Assembly (NCBI GenBank): GCA_949292715.1
Contig: CASFAN010000002.1
Location: forward strand, 3,534-67,533
Source of the DNA: an uncultured Eubacteriales bacterium
GTDB taxonomy: Bacteria; Bacillota; Clostridia; Christensenellales; Pumilibacteraceae
Reading direction: 5' to 3'
Length of the DNA stretch: 64,000 bases
A program made the translations under genes and the position numbers. The first letter of the stretch is position 1. Each line of letters starts with the position of its first letter. Below the pieces are notes generated by a model. It searched no databases. It saw only the letters and a list, made by a program, of their open reading frames with translations, and was not told the DNA's origin. This document shows positions 58,227 through 64,000 of this stretch, in pieces.

Positions 58227-59234
58227 CTAACGCTGACTGACGATTTCGTTCAGAAGCACGGTGTTTTCAAGTAATTTTCCGCCTCCGAGCACGGTAGCGT
58301 ATTCGGCGTCCTGATGTACGGTAACCGGCAGATTAAGCTTACTGAAAAACAGTTTATCCAGTCCGAGTATTTTACCCGCGCCGCCGGTGACATGTATTCC
58401 GTCGGTGGAAATATCCGCCGAAGTCTCGGGAGGCAATACCTGCAATATGCTGTCTATCGCGTCGGCTATACGCAGATAATAAGGCATAAGCGCGTCCATT
58501 ACGTCCGTTGCGTTGACTCTGAAATTAGCGGGAGCCCGCGCTGCGATATCCGTTCCCGATACCGTCACCCCTGATTTATCGTTTGAATAAAGGCTGCCTA
58601 TACGGCGTTTGATCTTCCTTATGGTTTCGTTTCCCACATTAAGATTGTATTTCCCCATGAGGTAATCGCGAAGCGCTTTATCCATCATATCGCCGCCTAC
58701 GCTTATGCTGCATCCGTTTACGATACTTCCGAGCGACACAACGGCTATTTCCGTAGTGCCTCCGCCTATATCGACGATAAGACTGCTTTTGTGAGTATGT
58801 ACGGGTAATCCCGCGCCGATAGCCGCAAGCATGGCGTTTTCTATCATTACGGTTTCGTGAAAACCGGCTTTCGCAAATACGTCGTCATAAAGTCTGCGTT
58901 CTTCCAGGCTGAGCCCCATGGGAATTCCGGCTACCGCTCTTATACGCGGAGAAAACACGCGAGGAGGATAAAGCCTGCATACGAAAGAATAAAGCATATC
59001 GCGGCACGCGTCCGCATCCGCTATCACGCCGTCCTCTATGGGACGTACGACAGTCAGTCTGTCGCCCGCTCTCCCTTCCATCGAAGCGGCATCCTTGCCC
59101 GCAGCGCGGACTCTTCTTTGAGACGGATCGCCGTTATAAACTATAACGGACGGTTCGCTGAGAACAATCCCGTTGCCCGGGATAAAAACGGAAGTATACG
59201 AAGTGCCCAACGATACGGCAAGTTCTTCTGTCAT
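58227..59234 (-). CDS. mreB: MreB-family actin-like protein (divergent phosphate-1 motif)
   Basis: 335 aa. VSLGTSYTSVFIPGNGIVLSEPSV, DIGGGTTEIAV and VTGGAGKILGLDKLF. ATGA overlap with the maf stop. Confidence 0.85.
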   Translation of the reverse strand: MTEELAVSLGTSYTSVFIPGNGIVLSEPSVIVYNGDPSQRRVRAAGKDAASMEGRAGDRLTVVRPIEDGVIADADACRDMLYSFVCRLYPPRVFSPRIRAVAGIPMGLSLEERRLYDDVFAKAGFHETVMIENAMLAAIGAGLPVHTHKSSLIVDIGGGTTEIAVVSLGSIVNGCSISVGGDMMDKALRDYLMGKYNLNVGNETIRKIKRRIGSLYSNDKSGVTVSGTDIAARAPANFRVNATDVMDALMPYYLRIADAIDSILQVLPPETSADISTDGIHVTGGAGKILGLDKLFFSKLNLPVTVHQDAEYATVLGGGKLLENTVLLNEIVSQR

Positions 59235-59782
59235 AAAAAATTCTCCCTCAAAAGCTTATCCACCAACCCTACGGGCAGCCCGACCACATTGTCGTAGTCG
59301 CCTTCGATCCCGCGCAGAATCGGAGCAAGCTCTTTATCCTGTATTCCGTAACCGCCGGCTTTATCGAAAGGTTTTCCGCTTGCGATATATTCTTTCACCG
59401 TCTTTTCGTCATAAGGCGCAAAAGCGACAAGTGTCTTTTCATATCCGCAAACGGTTTTCTTTCCGTCCGTGACGCATACGCCCGTATACACCGAATGGGT
59501 ACGTCCGCAAAGTGCGCGGAACATGGCAAAAGCCTCCTCTTCCGAGTGCGGCTTGCCGAGAATGATATTGCCTACGGAAACCACCGTATCCGCGCCCAGC
59601 ACGGGAACATCGGCATGTACGGACATCGCTTTCAGTTTTGCAAGCTCAACGACAACCTCTTCCGGCGCCGTTTTGTCCGTATGCTCAATTGCCCCCGAAG
59701 GACGCGTTTCGACTTCCGCATAGCCGAGTTTTTTTATAAGTTCGGCGCGCCGCGGCGAAGCGGACGCCATTATTATCTTCAT
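59231..59782 (-). CDS. maf: Maf-family nucleoside triphosphate pyrophosphatase
   Basis: 183 aa, IIMASASPRRAELIKKLG...GADTVV...GKAGGYGIQ. Confidence 0.93.
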   Translation of the reverse strand: MKIIMASASPRRAELIKKLGYAEVETRPSGAIEHTDKTAPEEVVVELAKLKAMSVHADVPVLGADTVVSVGNIILGKPHSEEEAFAMFRALCGRTHSVYTGVCVTDGKKTVCGYEKTLVAFAPYDEKTVKEYIASGKPFDKAGGYGIQDKELAPILRGIEGDYDNVVGLPVGLVDKLLRENFL

Positions 59783-61308
59783 CAGAGTATATCCAGATTT
59801 TTCTTATATGCCTTTGCAAAATCGGCGCGTGCATTAAGCGCGTCCTTGATTTCAAGCGAACAATCGCCTTCCGCTTCCGTCTTCATTATAACGGAGTCGC
59901 CGAGTACGTCGCAGTTTATGGATTTGATACCGCTGCTCATGGATCTGTCGAGAGATTCGGCTATTCGGAGAATTACGCCGAGTTTCATAACCGCGGCAAG
60001 ATCTTCTTCGCTCACGATATCTTTATACTTGTTCCATTCCTGCATATTGAATTCGCTGGGATGATGACCGAGCGCAACGAAAGCCGCAAGCACCATATCC
60101 CTGTGCGAAAGCCCGTAAAGCGTACTGTTGAGTATGAAATAGAACGAATGTTTATTGTGAGCGTAATATTTAAGACGAATACCTATATCATGCATAAGCG
60201 CAGCCACGCGCAGGATCTTAACATACATTCTGGGCAGCTTATGAAGCACCCGAAGCTGCTTGTAAAGCATAATCGAAAGATTGCAAACCTGCTCGCAGTG
60301 TTTTATGTTCTGATCGCAGTAATAAAGTTGCGTATATACGGAATGCGCCACTATATCGCTGATCGGCTTTTCAAGAGTCGTCGGCACCGCATGATTGAAC
60401 ATAATGCCTTCCCTTATGCCCGAAGCCGAAATAACGACGTTACCGAAGTTGCTGCAATCGAAGAATGATTTTATGCTTGCAAGAGCGGAAACGAATATGT
60501 CCGCACGCTCTTCGTTAAGCCCTTTGATTTTTGCGCGCTTGTCCACGGGAAGCACTTTTATCATATCGTAGATATTGATAAATTCTTCCTTACCCACGTT
60601 GTAATTATGGATCGCGGAAAGCGGGTATCTTTTAAGTCGCTGACTGATAGTGGCGAGATTGCGGAAAGATCCACCCACGCCGATCAGCTGAACGTCCGGT
60701 TCGATTTCTTTCAGCCACGGGATTTCCGAAAGCTGATTGGTAACGTACTCTTCTATAAGTTCGGAGACTTTTTCGGGCGGATTCGTACCGTCGTTGAAAA
60801 GATCGCTGAGCGTAATTGCTCCGAACGGAAGCGTAGCGCGATTAAGTATATTTCTCCTGTTATACTGAACAAGCTGAAAACTGCTTCCGCTTATATCGAG
60901 AATAACCCCCTTCGGTATGTCGAGAGAGTTGATCACCCCGTGGTAAATAAGCTGAGTCTCTTCCTCTTCGCTGAGAACTTTCAGCTTAAATCCGCAGGTG
61001 GAATTCACTTCTTCAAGAAAACTTTTCTGATTCTTGGCGCGCCTGACAGCATTAGTAGCTATCGCATACACCTTGTCCACATTGTTGGTATCGCACAGCT
61101 TTTTAAACATTTTAAGCGTTTTCACAGCCTGAGCGATCCGCGAAGGTTTAATGTATCCGTCGCGTTCCATATCCTGTCCGAGCCTTACCGTTTCCTGCAA
61201 TTCGTCGAACACAACGAAATGGCCGTCATTGTGACCATCTTCAAGCACATAAGCGAGTATCAGCTTTGCCAGATTGCTGCCCATGTCTATTACGGCAATT
61301 TTTTCCAT
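59782..61308 (-). CDS. ppx: Ppx/GppA-family exopolyphosphatase/phosphatase with a C-terminal HD domain
   Basis: 508 aa, IAVIDMGSNLAKLIL...GGSFRNLA...AALMHDIG. Confidence 0.88.
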   Translation of the reverse strand: MEKIAVIDMGSNLAKLILAYVLEDGHNDGHFVVFDELQETVRLGQDMERDGYIKPSRIAQAVKTLKMFKKLCDTNNVDKVYAIATNAVRRAKNQKSFLEEVNSTCGFKLKVLSEEEETQLIYHGVINSLDIPKGVILDISGSSFQLVQYNRRNILNRATLPFGAITLSDLFNDGTNPPEKVSELIEEYVTNQLSEIPWLKEIEPDVQLIGVGGSFRNLATISQRLKRYPLSAIHNYNVGKEEFINIYDMIKVLPVDKRAKIKGLNEERADIFVSALASIKSFFDCSNFGNVVISASGIREGIMFNHAVPTTLEKPISDIVAHSVYTQLYYCDQNIKHCEQVCNLSIMLYKQLRVLHKLPRMYVKILRVAALMHDIGIRLKYYAHNKHSFYFILNSTLYGLSHRDMVLAAFVALGHHPSEFNMQEWNKYKDIVSEEDLAAVMKLGVILRIAESLDRSMSSGIKSINCDVLGDSVIMKTEAEGDCSLEIKDALNARADFAKAYKKNLDIL

Positions 61309-61355
61309 AAAACTCCTTCCGTTAATGCATTATTCCACCATTTACCTTTTAAGCA

Positions 61356-61384
61356 ATTATAACACAACATATTCGGTTTGTAAA
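61356..61384 (-). promoter_or_regulatory. sigma-A-like promoter of the ppx-maf-mreB unit (TTTACA-17-TATAAT)
   Basis: Minus strand TTTACAaaccgaatatgttgtgtTATAAT, followed by a ~45-nt leader with GGAAGGAG. Confidence 0.5.
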
Positions 61385-61425
61385 TACCTTTTTGAAAAAT
61401 ATTTTGCGGAATATTTAATAATTTG

Positions 61426-61454
61426 TTTACTTTGCCTTCCGCAAATGGTATACT
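61426..61454 (+). promoter_or_regulatory. possible promoter (TTTACT-17-TATACT) ending 7 nt before ATG 61462
   Basis: TTTACTttgccttccgcaaatggTATACTtgggagtATG. Confidence 0.35.
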
Positions 61455-61461
61455 TGGGAGT

Positions 61462-63912
61462 ATGAAATACCGTCTGACAACTTTTACAGCCGTAATCGCG
61501 GCCGCAATAATAGCGGTCACGCTTGCCGGGCTGTCATTTTTTACATACCGTACAAGCCTGCCCGTAATGGCAGATACGTCAGCCGTTCCCGCTTACGCGG
61601 AAGCATTTTCATACGGTTATCTGATGAGCACGCCTGTCGCCGCCGTTAATTTCGGCGACAAAACTTATATTCTTGACGAAAGCGGAAACGTTTCAGCATA
61701 TGCCGACGGGAAATTTTCGTCCGTTACGCAGACTCTCGTAAAATCAGACGAAAGCGCGCCTTACGATAAGCTGGGGGTGTCCGAAGATAAAATATATCTT
61801 TACGGCAAAGAAACGGTTGCCGCCTGCTTCGATAAAAATCTTTACGTTATAAAAAGCGACAAGGTTACCGTTACGGACGCGGAAGGCGTCGTAAACGAAA
61901 ATTACGCGCTTCCCGAATCAGGCAATGTTTTCACGGCGGGATATGCTGCAAACGGCAAACTTTATCTGATCGAATATTCCGAATCCTCTTCAACCAATTC
62001 GCTTTGGAGTTTCGATGGTACGGTCAAAACCAAGCTCGAAAACGAACTTGCATGCGACGGAAAAATTTCTTGTATGGCAGTCACCGATTCGGGAGAAATA
62101 TATTATTCCACGCCTTACTCCGTATACAGCGTGAGTCTTTCCGAAAGCATAAACAATATAGGAGGAGGCATAACTTCCCTTTCCGCCGACGGCGACGCGC
62201 TTTTATACGCGCAGACTTCAGGAAAGATATGCCGTTACGATGACGGAATCTCGGAAACGCTCGTCGCTTCTTCAGGTAAAATATCCGTGTCGTCCAGGCG
62301 CAGGATTATAGCCGTTACCGACAAAGGCAACAATACGCTTACCGTATTCCGCGACGGTTCTTATAAAAAAATCACCGCCGTAAAACCCGAAGCCGTGACA
62401 ATCGGCTACACCGGAAACGTTTTTGTCGCAGGCGATAAATACATCACAGAATACGACGGCAGTCTTGAAGAAACAGATAAATTCACTGTCGGCGGCAACA
62501 CTTCCGTCATTACCGACATATGCGCGGATCGCGCCGAAATAGCGGAAGATATCATTTATGCCCTCGCTTCCGACGGAACGGTATATTCCTCCGTAAGCAA
62601 CGAAGCCATAGCGCAAGACGCGATCGCGATTTCAGCGCATCCCGAAGGCGGATTTTTCGCGTTGTTTTCCGACGGTTCCGTAAATTATTTCGCTTCCTCA
62701 GACTCAGAAAGCGCGGACGAAACGCTTGCTTCCATAGACGGAGCTTTCGACATTTCGACAGACCGTGCCGGGAACGTCTTTCGTCTTACAGACGAAGGAA
62801 TATATAAAAACGACTCCGCTTCCCCCGCATACGAAGTCAGCGGTCTTACGTCTTTCGCGATATGCGAATGCGAATTCGTTTCCGACGGCTACACTGCGGG
62901 ATTCGGGGACTTTATAACAATCGATCCCGATTCGTCTAACACCGGATTGATAAAAAGCGGCGATGCGGGATCGGATATGAAAAACGGTTCCGAAGACATT
63001 GTTGATTACGACGCGTTCAAAGCTCCCTACGACTCGGGAACCCCGAACGACGAAAATTATAAAGCCGACATAAGAAAGGTCATTGTTTCTACGGAAATAT
63101 ACCCTTTCCCCGTCGAAATGCCTTCCGTTTTTGCGGCAAATTCCGACGGAAACAACGATAAATATATAGTTGCGGACGAAATACCAGAAGGAACGTTCGT
63201 AACGGTCATAGCTTTATACGAAGACACGGATTTCTGTTATGCGATTGCCGAAAACCGCAGCGGCAAAGAATCCTTCAAAGGTTTCATGAACGTCAAAGCG
63301 TTGGGCGACCCCGAGCAATACGCAGACGAAGAACCGACAAAAGCATACGTCACGGAAGGAACTACCGTAAGAAAATATCCTTCCCTGTCGGCGCCCGAAA
63401 TAGACAATTTCGCGCTTACCGTAAATTCTTCGTGCACCGTAATGCCTTTTGCAGAAAACTATATCGACGCGGAGGGCGACGCTTGGTACCGTATCGCATA
63501 TAAATACGAAGATAAAGTTTACGACGGTTACGTCAAAAGTTACTGTATTTCTCTCAGCGGTTCGAACATGGGTCACAATGTCGATCCGGATTTCAACGGA
63601 AAAATAAAATGCAAAGACGGCGCGGTCTGTTACGATCTTATAGGCGAAAAATACGTTGAAAACGGAAATCGTCTTGCAGACGGACAGCAGATAGAAATAG
63701 TCGGCGAATTTACGAAAGCAAACGAATATACGCACATAAGATATGTCGACGAAAACGGCGAAACACAGGAATGCTACGTGCTTACCGAATATGTTCGTCA
63801 CACCGAAGCGGGCGTATATCAGGTCGTAATGTTCGTTATTGCGGCGATCGTTGCGGCGTTTATTGTCATTCTTATCGTCCTTAAAGTCAGACGCAAAAAC
63901 AAGATAGACTGA
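61462..63912 (+). CDS. large cell-surface protein with an N-terminal signal/anchor, repeat-rich (possibly beta-propeller-like) region, three SH3b-like modules and a C-terminal TM anchor
   Basis: About 816 aa from ATG 61462 (MKYRLTTFTAVIAAAIIAVTLAG). The ORF-track TTG at 61423 is the alternative start. C-terminus is VYQVVMFVIAAIVAAFIVILIVLKVRRKNKID. SH3b-like stretch: AYVTEGTTVRKYPS...GDAWYRIAYKYEDKVYDGYVKSYCI. Confidence 0.75.
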   Translation: MKYRLTTFTAVIAAAIIAVTLAGLSFFTYRTSLPVMADTSAVPAYAEAFSYGYLMSTPVAAVNFGDKTYILDESGNVSAYADGKFSSVTQTLVKSDESAPYDKLGVSEDKIYLYGKETVAACFDKNLYVIKSDKVTVTDAEGVVNENYALPESGNVFTAGYAANGKLYLIEYSESSSTNSLWSFDGTVKTKLENELACDGKISCMAVTDSGEIYYSTPYSVYSVSLSESINNIGGGITSLSADGDALLYAQTSGKICRYDDGISETLVASSGKISVSSRRRIIAVTDKGNNTLTVFRDGSYKKITAVKPEAVTIGYTGNVFVAGDKYITEYDGSLEETDKFTVGGNTSVITDICADRAEIAEDIIYALASDGTVYSSVSNEAIAQDAIAISAHPEGGFFALFSDGSVNYFASSDSESADETLASIDGAFDISTDRAGNVFRLTDEGIYKNDSASPAYEVSGLTSFAICECEFVSDGYTAGFGDFITIDPDSSNTGLIKSGDAGSDMKNGSEDIVDYDAFKAPYDSGTPNDENYKADIRKVIVSTEIYPFPVEMPSVFAANSDGNNDKYIVADEIPEGTFVTVIALYEDTDFCYAIAENRSGKESFKGFMNVKALGDPEQYADEEPTKAYVTEGTTVRKYPSLSAPEIDNFALTVNSSCTVMPFAENYIDAEGDAWYRIAYKYEDKVYDGYVKSYCISLSGSNMGHNVDPDFNGKIKCKDGAVCYDLIGEKYVENGNRLADGQQIEIVGEFTKANEYTHIRYVDENGETQECYVLTEYVRHTEAGVYQVVMFVIAAIVAAFIVILIVLKVRRKNKID

Positions 63913-63948
63913 TAATACCGACAATACGTATTCGACACTAAATCATAG

Positions 63949-63980
63949 GGAGCTGTTGCATTCAGAAGTGCAACAGCTCC
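63949..63980 (+). terminator. terminator-like hairpin after the surface-protein gene
   Basis: GGAGCTGTTGCA-ttcagaag-TGCAACAGCTCC. The T-tail is weak (TTGCACTAT). Confidence 0.5.
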
Positions 63981-64000
63981 TTGCACTATATCCGAACAGT

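Overview
This window looks like a core chromosomal region of an endospore-forming Bacillota (Clostridia-like) genome. I call 67 protein genes, 63 of them on the minus strand, packed with very short or overlapping junctions.

Minus-strand blocks, read from high to low coordinates:
- ppx/gppA, maf, mreB-like
- minD, minE-like, spoIVFB-like M50 protease, rng
- (groES-groEL on the plus strand)
- comEB, 848-aa lipoprotein
- rplS, GT-C-like membrane protein
- comM, dprA, topA, trmFO, hslV, hslU, hisS, aspS, glyA
- nifS-like gene plus a Cys-rich small protein
- ruvX, DUF1292
- rpsB, tsf
- pyrH
- frr, uppS, cdsA, dxr, rseP, ispG, a PolC-N-terminal-like gene
- rimP, nusA, ylxR, ylxQ, infB, rbfA, nrnA, truB, ribF, nfo-like gene
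- M24 peptidase
- efp
- AT-rich three-gene cassette
- (amidase on the plus strand)
- spoIIIAA-AH
- nusB, folD, xseA, xseB, ispA, dxs (dxs runs off the left edge)

I found no rRNA, tRNA, CRISPR array, transposase or integrase. Many operon starts carry near-consensus TTGACA-17-TATAAT type promoters, and hairpin plus T-run terminators are readable by eye.

Nothing here is a clear-cut novel multi-gene system. The observations most worth follow-up are:
1. An AT-rich, probably horizontally acquired cassette of three small proteins (zinc ribbon, unknown, Imm32-like) behind a poly-G8 ribosome-binding site.
2. A 498-aa protein at the polC locus that resembles only the PolC N-terminus and has an apparently inactivated exonuclease fold.
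3. A groESL control region with a perfect CtsR operator, no CIRCE element, tandem promoters and internal repeats.
4. A membrane-anchored, metallothionein-like Cys/Glu-rich small protein co-transcribed with a NifS-type cysteine desulfurase, where a scaffold gene would be expected.
5. A surface lipoprotein with nine H-x-Y-G-x-D-H-x-C-x-x-C-G modules.

All functional calls come from reading the translated ORFs and recalling family motifs. No database search was run.
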